Of a stretch of DNA of 64,000 nt, positions 1 to 10,706 are shown piece after piece. How positions within the stretch are numbered: position 1 is the stretch's first letter; each line of letters opens with the position of its first letter. Source of the stretch: Eledone cirrhosa (Eukaryota); the NCBI GenBank assembly GCA_964016885.1, contig OZ024752.1, forward strand, positions 23,002,001 through 23,066,000, read 5' to 3'. A program made the translations under genes and the position numbers. The notes below the pieces were generated by a model that was not told the origin of the DNA, made no database searches, and was given only the letters and a program-made list of their open reading frames with translations.

Positions 1-600
1 TGTCCCGCATGTGCAACCCCGAAGAACTAGAGAGACACATACAACACTTCATCCACCGTATGCAGTTCTCTAGTTACAATCAGAGAGATAAAATCAGAGT
101 GTATAGAGGAGCCAGAACCAAATGGGAAAAAAATGGTAAATAATGACACAAATGGGTCCTGCCCCTTGTATAGGAGCAAATTTTGGAATAGAATAGAAAG
201 AACTAGGAATCAGGCTAATAGAATAAACTCATGGTATGATAGCAATACATACCAGAGTGTAATGTTCATCGATACAACCCCTAGAGGTGAATTAGCTTAC
301 AAATTTAGAAGGGCCCTAGATAAACATAAACTCAATATTAAGATAGTAGAAAGACCAGGTACCTCCATAAAAACACTTATTAGCAAGACATACCCTTTAC
401 AAAGACCCTCCTGTATAGATAAGAAATGTATAACCTGTAAATTAAGCCCCCATATTAACTGTAAAACTAGAAATGTAGTATATAGCATAAGATGTACTGA
501 AGGACAATGTAGAGACAAAATTATAGTGTACATAGGTGAGACAGTTCGTAGTGTAGGGGAACGGATAAATGAACACTGGCGAGACCTTCAAGATAGTAAA
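1..600 (+). pseudogene. 3' part of an upstream Penelope-like element copy (RT C-terminus, Cys-rich linker, truncated GIY-YIG endonuclease)
   Basis: Near-identical to 3777-4535 but without the SINE insertion. Encodes CIDKKCITC and VVYSIRC..C..VYIGET. Has a +1 frameshift in the A-run at ~127-133 and an ~260-bp deletion at 600/601 that removes the endonuclease C-terminus. Confidence 0.9.
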
Positions 601-627
601 TAAACGAATATAAACACACAGAGACAC

Positions 628-685
628 CCGGATGTGGCGCATGCGCAGACTGAGCACAGAACACACACACAAAAACAAGATGGCG
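628..685 (+). promoter_or_regulatory. Candidate internal Pol II promoter in the pLTR (ETS-, NRF1- and YY1-like motifs)
   Basis: CCGGATGT at 628-635, GCGCATGCGCA at 637-647 and CAAGATGGCG at 676-685. The NRF1- and YY1-like motifs recur at 4836-4846 and 4875-4884, and a YY1-like CAAAATGGCG is at 5198-5207. Motif match only. Confidence 0.4.
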
Positions 686-732
686 TAGGACAGAACAAAG
701 GAGAGGCACAAAAACAAAGAAAAGAATCCCCA

Positions 733-775
733 GTCACTGAAGAGGTCACAGAATATGTGACGAAAGAACTTTGAC
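733..775 (+). ncRNA. Minimal type I hammerhead ribozyme, pLTR copy 1
   Basis: Stem I GTCA/TGAC, core CTGAAGA plus an extra G, stem II GTCACA-gaata-TGTGAC, GAAA, minimal stem III, cleavage triplet CTT at 769-771. Confidence 0.8.
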
Positions 776-1624
776 AATATATAAACAACCATCTGGTTGT
801 GGAACCAACCAACCGGAAATTTATAAATTCTTAAACTTATAAATTTATTATAATAAATTTAAGTGAAAGCAACTGGTGTGTGTGTTTCTTATTGGCAACA
901 TGACCCTCCCAAAGTATAACAATATCGGTTTCAACACACGTTTTCAGATAAAGAATCTTGCTAAACAAATTCAGAAACGAAATATCGTAAGCCTTAGCCA
1001 GGCTAACAAGATACTGAAAACCACCATGTTCTGTTGTCTACGAAAAACAATAACATCTCGACAAATACATTTTATAAAAGAATGTGCCTCGTCCCGAGTT
1101 TACACCATCAACACCGATGTAAGAAGATTACAGCTCACCAAAAAGCAAGCAGATAGGCTAAAACGAACACTAATTCTAAACATAAAAAAAAGATCTATAG
1201 AGAATTAAGTCATCAAGAAAAACATAAGCGTAACCTAATACAAGAAATAACTAAGATCACCACACCAAGAGAAAAACTAATATTTATAAACCTTATACGT
1301 CCTGAAGAACAGTACATTGTTCAAGAATGTGATAAGCACTTTAACAAGAAACTAAAGTGGCTTAAACAGATAAAACTAAATCAAGATACTTTAGAGAATA
1401 CCAATAGATACCCCGACAAAATTGACGGTATAAATATGGCCGACATCTCATTAACAGATGAGTTCAACAACAACAACACAAATATATACGGTAACACTAC
1501 GGTCGACTCTGATGAATTATCTGTATTACAGCTACCACCTAAGTATGCGACATTCAATAAGGTAAATATGATTAGATGTTTGTCAGAAATAGAAAAATCA
1601 TTTACAAAATTACGTTGGAGCCTC

Positions 1625-1836
1625 AAAAACAAAAACAAAAACAAAAGTAACAACATACGCACACACATATACAACACACATCCCAACAACAACAGACACA
1701 CAGACACAAACAACAATAACAATAACATACACATCAACAATAATAACATACTCAGAAACAACAATAACAACACACGCAACAATAATAACATACACGGAGA
1801 CAACAACAACAACACACATCAACAACAACACACATC

Positions 1837-1870
<34 letters not shown>

Positions 1871-2170
1871 CACACCCATTCAATGCCTCTCACCACCACC
1901 ACAATCTTAACAAACACACAGACACAGAAAACAAGTAATGGCACTAGCACAGAAATAAGGGAAGGTAATAGGATTGAAAGGAGAAGGGAGACTATGGACA
2001 GAGAAAATAACCAAGACGAACACACAGACACACAAAATAGAGTAGATAATAACAATGAGCCAGAGGAAAGAGACAGGAATAATAATGAGAGACATAGAAA
2101 CAACCATGAGGCTGTTGGTGGAAATAGAAATAGAAACAACACAACTAACAATAACAATAGCACTAGTACA
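1625..2170 (+). repeat. (AAC)n/(ACA)n-derived low-complexity tract, in frame within the PLE ORF (Asn/Thr-rich)
   Basis: AAC/AAT/ACA runs translate as poly-Asn and poly-Thr with no stop for ~180 codons. Confidence 0.8.
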
Positions 2171-3919
2171 CATAAAGCAGCAGCCTGGAACTCTACTTTT
2201 TATAATCCCTCCGATAAGTCGTTCGACCTGCGACGAGTCCACGCCACGACTTTAGCTTTTAACAAACGCATGCAATTGCCGTCGCAGGTCGATGAACAAA
2301 CAGAAGCACAATTTAGTATAGCTAGATCTAAACTTAGAAATATTATAGAACAGTATAGCAAGAAGCATAATAGAATGGAGACCCAGCAACTGGGAGAAAA
2401 ATCTGCAAATGGCTTGCGTAAGCTCATGCAGCGCTCGCGTAATGGAGAGATAGCATGCTTTCCAACAGACAAGTCTGGCAGAATGTCGGTTGACAGTCTG
2501 CCAAAGTACATCCAGGTAATGCAACCCCACATCACTAACACAAGAGAAGTAACACCACAAGAGCATGAGGATAGAGAAAAAGCCCTCAATGCCCATATGG
2601 TGATGTGGACAAATATAATGCAGCCCCACAAAAGGACTGCCAACATCTTCCAGGCCTGGAACAATGATGTGCCAGCGTTGTATGGGCTTCGAAAAGACCA
2701 TAAAACGGGCAGTGACCCTGTCACTGGACTACCAACACGGCCAGTCTGTGGAGCTAACATTGCTAGTAACTGCAGATTGTCCTACTTCCTCTCCCTGATC
2801 ATACGCCCCATCATTGAAATGTCCCCAGATGTATGTGACATCACGGATGACCTCCTCAGCAGAATCGGCGAGAGTAACCGATCTAGGGACCTAACAAACT
2901 GCATAATAGGTAGTATGGATGTTGTGTCCCTGTATCCATCTATTGACGTGGAATTTGCTGTGGAGAAATACGTAGAAATGATCAGTGAGAGCAATGTTGA
3001 GTTCCGTGGGATTGATACCAATGAGGTGGGACTCCTACTTAAACTTACCTATAGTAATAATTATCTAGACACATATGACCTTAGCAACCTGTGCCCTACA
3101 AGACCAGAAAGAGGCAGACCACCTACCATTACCTCAATGGCCAAGAAAACCCACACAGATAGATGGAACGGGTGGACCAGAGCCATACGGACCCCCGAAA
3201 ACCACGATAAACTAAAGAAAATGATTGCACATGCGGTGGGGGCCAGCATAAAATTAACCCTTAAGGAACATATGTTCAAATTTAATGGAAAAACATATGC
3301 CCAAGAGGAGGGAGCAGCCATTGGTGTTAGCATTGCAGGCGACATAGCTAACTTATTCATGGTATGGTGGGACAGTAGACTTGAACTTAAACTTAAAGAA
3401 CAATTAGAAGACCCCTTAACCCTGATAATGTACTCCCGCTACATTGATGGTATAAACATCGTAGTTAAAACACCCCCACTAGAGAACAGTCAGGAATTAG
3501 AGAAAAAGACAATGGAAAGCATCCAGCAAATAGCTAACTCCATCCACCAGAGTATTAGAGTTACTATAGACTACTCAAGTAAACACCCCAACCATCGATT
3601 ACCTGTACTAGACACAGAGCTCTGGTTAGATACCATTAATAACAAAAAACAAATCCTCCATTCCCATTATGCCAAACCCATGACTTCCAAATATCTGATC
3701 CACCGAAACTCAGCTGTTTCAGACCATACCAAAATCAACATACTGATTGCGGATTTGGTACGGGTGATGAGAAACGTGTCCCGCATGTGCAACCCCGAAT
3801 AACTAGAGAGACACATACACCACTTCATCCACCGTATGCAGTTCTCTGGTTACAATCAGAGAGATAAAATCAGAGTGTATAGAGGAGCCAGAACCAAATG
3901 GGAAAAAATGGTAAATAAT

Positions 3920-4086
3920 TGTTTCTACTTTAGGCACAAGGCCAGCAATTACCCAGTGCATTACTGGTACTTTATTTTATCGACCCCGTAAGGATGAAAG
4001 GCAAAGTCAACCTCGGTGGCATTTGAACTCAGATCGTAAAGGGACGTAACTATGCTGGAAAACATGGCGTCCGACCCTCTACCGAT
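3920..4086 (-). mobile_element. 5'-truncated tRNA-derived SINE (Nin/Deu-like central domain) inserted in the PLE ORF
   Basis: Absent from the upstream PLE copy, where the empty site is 141-156. It is the reverse complement of ~11497-11665 and contains B box GAGTTCAAATGCC and GCCTTTCATCC..GGGGTCGATAAAAT..GTACCAG. Confidence 0.9.
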
Positions 4087-4930
4087 ATGGGACCTGCCCC
4101 TTGTATAGGAGCAAATTTTGGAATAGAATAAAAAGAACTAGGAATCAGGCTAATAGAATAAACTCATGGTATGATAGCAATAAATACCAGAGTGTAATGT
4201 TCATCGATACAACCCCTAGAGGTGAATTAGCTTACAAATTTAGAAGGGCCCTAGATAAACATAAACTCAATATTAAGATAGTAGAAAGACCAGGTACCTC
4301 CATAAAAACACTTATTAGCAAGACATACCCTTTTCAAAGACCCCCCTGTATAGATAAGAAATGTATAACCTGTAAATTAAGCCCCCATATTAACTGTTCA
4401 ACTAGAAATGTAGTATATAGCATAAGATGTACTGAAGAACAATGTAGAGACAAAATTATAGTGTACATAGGTGAGACAGTTCGTAGTGTAGGGGAACGGA
4501 TAAATGAACACTGGCGAGACCTTCAAGAAAGTAAAGAATCATCTGTACTCTACCAACATGCTAAAATAGAACATAAGGGTAAATTAGAGAACATAGAAAT
4601 AAAAATAGAATTTACACACAGAAAAGACGCAATGTTTAGACAAATCACAGAGGCAATAAACATAAAAGAATTACAACCAAAATTAAATAGAAAACATGAG
4701 CGGTACAGCAACATCACAACTTACAATTAAGGACAAAATGAAAACACACACGCACATAGAACAAACAACCAACCTGTAACATGTAAATAAACAAATAAAT
4801 AAACGAATATAAACACACACAGACACCGGGATGTGGCGCATGCGCAGACTGAGCACACACAACACACACAGAAACAAGATGGCGTAGGACAGAACAAAGG
4901 AGAGGCACAAAAACAAAGAAAAGAATCCCC

Positions 4931-4975
4931 TGTCACTGAAGAGGTCACAGAATGTGTGACGAAAGAAGTTTGACA
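4931..4975 (+). ncRNA. Minimal type I hammerhead ribozyme, pLTR copy 2
   Basis: Stem I TGTCA/TGACA, CTGAAGA plus G, stem II GTCACA-gaatg-TGTGAC, GAAA, triplet GTT. The second pair of stem III is mismatched. Confidence 0.75.
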
Positions 4976-5111
4976 ATATATAAACAACCATCTGGTTGTG
5001 GAACCAACCAACCAACCGGAAATTTATAAATTCCTAAATTTATAAATTTATCATAATAAATTGAAGTGAAAGCAACTGGTGCGTGTGTTTCTTATTGGCA
5101 ACATGACCCTC

Positions 5112-5115
<4 letters not shown>

Positions 5116-5178
<63 letters not shown>
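5116..5178. repeat. (TA)n microsatellite
   Basis: Pure TA run directly after pLTR copy 2. Confidence 0.98.
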
Positions 5179-5179
<1 letters not shown>

Positions 5180-5182
<3 letters not shown>

Positions 5183-5497
5183 ATACACACACAGAAACAA
5201 AATGGCGTAGGACAGAACAAAGGAGAGGCACAGAAACAAAGAAAGGAATCCCCAGTAACTGAAGAGGTCACAGAGTGTGACGAAAGAACTATGACTATAT
5301 ATAAACAACTATCTGGTTGTGGAACCAACCAACCAACCAGAAATTTATAAATTTGTAAATTTATAAATATATAATAAATTTAAGTGAAACAACTGGTGCG
5401 TGTGTTTCTTATTGGCAACATGACCCTCCCAAAGTATAACAATATCGGTTTCAACACACGATTTCAGATAAAGAATCTTGCTAAACAAATTCAGAAA

Positions 5498-5500
<3 letters not shown>
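5180..5500 (+). mobile_element. Third, 5'-truncated and more diverged pLTR plus the first ~27 codons of the PLE ORF
   Basis: Homologous to ~660-980 and bounded on both sides by (TA)n. Confidence 0.9.
5254..5296 (+). ncRNA. Minimal type I hammerhead ribozyme, pLTR copy 3
   Basis: Stem I AGTAA/TGACT (one mismatch), CTGAAGA plus G, stem II GTCACA-gag-TGTGAC, GAAA, triplet CTA. Confidence 0.75.
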
Positions 5501-6300
<800 letters not shown>

Positions 6301-6542
6301 GTATCTGCACATCCCGTTTATATGTTTCTTTTTTAAGTTGTCGTTATTGCCTCCCTCCACACCCTCACACTTATCGCTGTCAATATGCCTCCCTTTTACC
6401 TTTGTTGTTGACTTTGTATATTTTTTGTTTTTATTCATTTATTTATTTATTACTTCATGTATATGTATGTATATGTATGTATGTTCCTGCCTGTAAACGC
6501 TAATACGCTTATGTTATAAAGTATACATCTTACCTTTTAAGT

Positions 6543-8799
6543 CAGGGGGTCACCAAACTACGGCCCGCGACGTCAGTTCATCAGGCCCGCCGACGGTACT
6601 TGCATTTGCGTGATAAAACAGATGGAACACGAGATGTTTCTAATTCAATATCTTTTTCATTTTCAGATCCCGTTTTCTTCACCCTTTATTATGGCTACCA
6701 AGAAAAGAAAAGTGGACGCCGAGTGTCGCGTTTTCAATGAAGAATGGGGAGTAAAGTACTTCTTTGTGGAAACAAAGGACCAGAAAGCTAGTTGCGTGGT
6801 ATGCAGCGAAAGTGTTGCCGTTTTGAAAGAGTACAATCTTCGGCGTCACTATGAAACAAAACATCTATCAACATATTCAAAGTTTTCTGGAAAGTTATGC
6901 TCTGAGAAATATGAGTCCATGAAACGTGGTTTAGAAACTCAAAGAAATCTCTTCCCGAGAAAGTTTGCTGAAAATGAATCTGTCACTCGTACAAGTTACA
7001 AAATAGTGCATAAGTTGGCAGAGCGAGGAAAACAGTTTACTGATGGCAACTTCATCAAAGAGTGTATGATGGAAGCAGCAAATGAGAAAGTGTCCTGAGA
7101 AAGACGATTTGTTTGGAAGTATCAGCCTTTCGGCAAGTTCAGTTGTGCGGAGATCAGAAGAACTTGGAGAGAACATAGTGCTACAGATACGCGAGAAAGC
7201 TAGGAACTTGTGGTATTCTCTGGCGTTGGATGAGTCTACTGATCTCTCGAGTACGTCACAACTTCTCGTGTTCATTCGTGGTGTCAATTTGAACTTTCAG
7301 ATAACGGAAGAGTTGGCATCCGTTTGCTTGCATGCATGGAACAACAACTGGAAAAGACATTTTCATGGAAGTGCAGAAAACTTTGCAAGACTATAACCTT
7401 CAGTGGAATCAGCTTCGAGGTGTTACAGTTGATGGAGGAAAAAACATGGCTGGAGTGAGGAAAGGTCTGGTCGGGATCAGGACTCAGTTGGAAGATTTTC
7501 AAATTCCGGGCTCTCTGTTCATACACTGCATCATACATCAGTAAGCACTCGGTGGGAAAGACTTGGATATTTCTTGTGTACTGAAACCAGTCGTTTCTGC
7601 TGTGAACTTCATTCGGGGGCATGCACTCAATCACCGTCAGTTTCTGGCTTTTCTTGAAGAAATTGATTCTGATTTCTGTGACTTGCCTTATCACACAGCA
7701 GTGAGGTGGCTCAGCTGCGGTAAAGTCCTGTTTCGTTTTTACAAGCTCCGAAACGAAATAGATGTTTTTCTCACTGAAAAAGATAGAGCTGATCCACAGC
7801 TGTCAGATCCTACCTGGCTGTCAAAGTTGTCATTTTTGGTCGACATCACATCCCACATGACTGAACTGAACTTGAAACTTCAGGGAAAGGATAACCTCGT
7901 CTGTGATCTCTACAGAATCATCAAAGGATTTCGGAGAAAGCTGTCATTGTTTGAAGCACACCTGGAAGGAGAAAACTTCTCTCACTTTCACTGTTTCAAA
8001 GAGTTTTGCGCTACAATTGCTGAAGATGTCAACCTCGATTTTCCCAAAATGATTATTCGTGACTTGAAGAAGCATTTTTTGGAGATATTTTCAGATCTCG
8101 ACAGAATTGAGAGTGACATTCTTCTGTTCCAGAATCCGTTTGATTGTAACCTTGATGATGTGCCAGTTGAACTACAGTTGGAGCTCATTGATTTACAAGC
8201 AAATGACTTGTTGAAAGAGAAGCACAGAGAAGGAAAACTTGTTGAATTTTACCGCTTCTTACTTGATGTTGAGTTTCCGAAATTGAAGAAATTTGTCGCT
8301 GGTATGGCATCATTGTTTGGAACAACTTATGTCTGTGAGCAAACATTTTCAAAAAATGGAGTATGTGAAGTCAACACATCGAACGAGATTGACTGATGAA
8401 CATTTGAAAGCAATTCTCTTGATTGGATGCAGCAATTCCAAACCAAACATTGATGATATCTTGAAAGCCAAACACCAGTTTCACAAATCTCACTAACCTT
8501 TTTTGCTGCTTAGTTTGTAAGATTCGGATATGTGTACATTAGGTCTGATGTAACTATATTTTTGCTAACCTCGCCTTCTTTGATAACTTTTTAGTAAATA
8601 AATATGTTGGTTGTCTTTGTTTTTTGTGCATTGCACGCCACTCACTCATGATTATCATTGAATGCTAAACGTAGTGTTTCGTCTTTTTTTCCAGAGCTTT
8701 CGTTCTGGTTTGCAAGTATTGAACAGAATGATTATGCGGCCCGCGCTCATCATTCTTTCAGTTATTCGGCCCACTGTGGAAAAAGTTTGGTGACCCCTA
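6543..8799 (+). mobile_element. Full-length hAT DNA transposon (Buster/Charlie/SPIN group), 2257 bp
   Basis: TIRs CAGGGGGTCACCAAACT and AGTTTGGTGACCCCTA. Perfect 8-bp TSD TTTTAAGT (6535-6542 and 8800-8807) with central TA. Subterminal GGCCC motifs at both ends. Confidence 0.97.
6691..8496 (+). pseudogene. Disrupted hAT transposase (GTF2IRD2/SPIN-like)
   Basis: MATKKRKVDAECRVFNEEW start, BED-like C..C...RRHYETKH, SLALDESTD, VTVDG, HCIIH, VRWLS, TTYVCEQTFS and RTRLTDEHL. Frameshifts near 7090, 7325 and 8355 and an in-frame TAA at 7542-7544. Confidence 0.95.
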
Positions 8800-8987
8800 T
8801 TTTAAGTATATGTGCGTGGTTTAGTGTGTCTGCTTATGTTCTGGATATTTATTGTTTTTTTATATATATATTTATTTTTTTTTTTTTCTACCCTTCTTTT
8901 TCGTCCGTTTGTTTCTCAGCTTTCATATTTCTTACATATTTTTGTTTTCAAATCCATATTTAATAAAAACACCATGTTTTTTTTTTA

Positions 8988-9048
8988 TTCATTCTGACGA
9001 CTGAAAGCAGATATAATATCTGCTTTCAAGAAACCACTGGTAAATGAA
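8988..9048 (+). ncRNA. Type I hammerhead ribozyme, family 2
   Basis: Stem I TTCATT/AATGAA, CTGACGA, 12-bp stem II TGAAAGCAGATA-taa-TATCTGCTTTCA (closing C.A mismatch), GAAA, stem III ACCA-c-TGGT, triplet GTA. Confidence 0.75.
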
Positions 9049-9142
9049 ATAATTATCTTCTGTTGTTTATTACATAACTATTAAGCTCTGTAGCCTACAT
9101 AGAGCACTCTTTTTTCCTGTACCTTTCCGACGGAATTACTTC

Positions 9143-9146
<4 letters not shown>
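8988..9146 (+). mobile_element. Hammerhead-bearing dispersed repeat (pLTR/retrozyme-like) ending at a (CA)n tract
   Basis: The ~100 nt after the ribozyme (TGTTGTTTATTACATAAC...TACCTTT..ACGGAA.TACTT) is homologous to 18815-18900 (-), 19054-19095 (+) and 19200-19300 (-). Confidence 0.75.

Positions 9147-9206
<60 letters not shown>
9147..9206. repeat. (CA)n(TA)n microsatellite
   Basis: Direct reading. Confidence 0.97.
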
Positions 9207-9207
<1 letters not shown>

Positions 9208-9510
9208 AATGAAAATAGAAATTAATGTAAGGAAAAAGCCTGCAATAATTAGACATATAAGTGATTATAACATCAGGATGAAACATTTTTAACGAAAGAT
9301 AAGGGATAAGTAATAAAATCTTAATTCAATAAAATAAAGAAAAATATATATCACTATATATATATATATTATATATACATATATATATAAGGTGTAATAA
9401 TTGTTCTCGGTATGGTGAACTAACTGTTGTGTTACTACCAAACTCGTTCCATCACTGCGTGCTCTACCACTACGGATATAACCTTCCTCTACACACATAT
9501 ATATATATAT

Positions 9511-10450
9511 GTATACTCTGGGAATGTATCCTACATTGCCTATTGAGTACGCTGAGATACAACCGGTCTTGGCATTGATAAATATGCTGGGTCCGTCAAC
9601 TCATTATTATTATCTCCCAACTAGCGGACTAATAAGAGTAAGTTAAACAATTTTTCACTTTTTTTTATTGTTTTGTTTTGATATGCGCTCTAATTCCTGC
9701 TATTAATTTTATCTCTCACTCTTTTAAGTTGTGAAATAGACTGGTTTACGCACGCGGCTGCTGCATTCCAGCTCGCTACTATATATCGGTCTATAATAGA
9801 TACTGGCATTTAAAGTCCGTTAAAGGTTCTTGGCACTACCTTTGTTACTATCGCTTTCCTCTAGCCATGGGACTTGGAGACATGAGCCGAATGCTACTAT
9901 TCTATTGTACATCGATGTGGGACTGCTCTTTCTAATAACCATCATTTCACTTCTTATTAATTTGTATGTGAGACACGTTGGCTGAATGCTTTTGACGGGG
10001 ACGAAAAGATTGGTTTTCTATTCTCCCGCCACCACGTAAAGTTTGTAAATCGGTGGCTGATCGAGGGACAGAATTGTATCAGATTCCAGTTGCTAATCAC
10101 TTTACTGTGTCGGCCGTCACAAACCCTCATAGCCAACATGGGCTGGGTTTGGATTCTGTCGATCGATTGGTTATTGATTAGGCGATACCCGCTGATGAAG
10201 CCACATACGCCGATTATGCATTGTTGCATAATATATGCAGACAGAGGTGCAGTGCACCCTACTGTTGCACTAAGTGTGGCCGAAACTCGAGTCCGGGAAC
10301 TATTATAGGCACCTGTTTTACGTGTGTTGTATTGAAGCGGATAACTATGTGTATACTCTGGGAATGTATTCTACATTGCCTATTGAGTACGCTGAGATAC
10401 AACCGGTCCTGGCATTGATAAATATGCTGGGTCCGTCAACTCCTTATTAT
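9511..10450 (+). mobile_element. Non-coding ~840-bp unit with a 100-bp terminal direct repeat and an internal hammerhead (retrozyme or non-autonomous PLE-like)
   Basis: 9511-9610 matches 10351-10450 with about 3 mismatches. Both outer ends abut (TA)n. Hammerhead at 10188-10297. No recognisable ORF. Confidence 0.7.
10188..10297 (+). ncRNA. Type I hammerhead ribozyme, family 3, with a long branched stem II
   Basis: Stem I CCCG/CGGG, CTGATGA (10192-10198), stem II GCCACAT...GTGTGGC enclosing ~67 nt, GAAA (10282-10285), palindromic stem III ACTCGAGT, triplet GTC (10291-10293). Confidence 0.8.
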
Positions 10451-10550
10451 ATATACACACACATACACATACACACACATATACACATATATACACACAC
10501 ATATATATACACACATATAGACATACATATATATATATACACATATATAT

Positions 10551-10582
<32 letters not shown>

Positions 10583-10706
10583 TGAAGTACGTTATACATG
10601 TGGAAAAAGCAGATAGGTAAGAAGGCGGGTCGAGATGGGGGTAGGGTGGGATGGAGGTGGAGGAGATATTTTATCGAGTGGGTTTGTTTAAAAAAAAAAA
10701 ATTGTT

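Larger units (their letters stand above)
900..4730 (+). pseudogene. Disrupted PLE polyprotein: N-terminal region, reverse transcriptase, Cys-rich linker, GIY-YIG endonuclease
   Basis: ATG at 900. RT motifs PTDKSG, LYGLRKDHK, PTRPVC, SMDVVSLYPSI, QEEGAAIG and RYIDGI (second catalytic Asp mutated). Endonuclease motifs VVY..C..C..YIGET, ER..EH, H...H and EAINI..LN. Frameshifts/stops at ~1200-1240, premature TAA at 3800-3802 (GAA in the upstream copy), SINE insertion at 3920-4086. Confidence 0.92.
598..5115 (+). mobile_element. Penelope-like retroelement, full-length unit flanked by direct pseudo-LTRs (~598-915 and ~4797-5115)
   Basis: RT plus C-terminal GIY-YIG ORF between ~320-bp direct repeats. 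Each repeat carries a hammerhead motif and runs into the ORF start (ATGACCCTCCCAA). Partial-tandem layout is typical of PLEs. Ends in (TA)n. Confidence 0.93.

Noticed and set aside
1381-3360. Antisense ORFs over the PLE and similar ones over the hAT
   Set aside because: They are shadow frames of the coding or low-complexity strand with no recognisable motifs.
900-4800. Selenoprotein-type (Naiad-like) UGA recoding of the PLE ORF
   Set aside because: The observed stops are TAA or frameshifts, the conserved Cys codons are TGT/TGC, and I could not identify a SECIS by eye.
8393-8412. CTGATGA...GAAA inside the transposase, and an isolated CTGATGA at ~13849
   Set aside because: There is no pairing stem II or stem I. 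These are chance matches.
6691-8496. Domesticated GTF2IRD2/ZBED-like host gene
   Set aside because: TIRs and TSD are intact and the ORF has frameshifts and a stop, so it is a dead transposon copy.
9511-10450. LTR retrotransposon or TRIM reading of the 100-bp direct repeats
   Set aside because: No CA 3' end, PBS, PPT or TSD was seen. The repeats end in TTA/TA tails and the unit holds a hammerhead.
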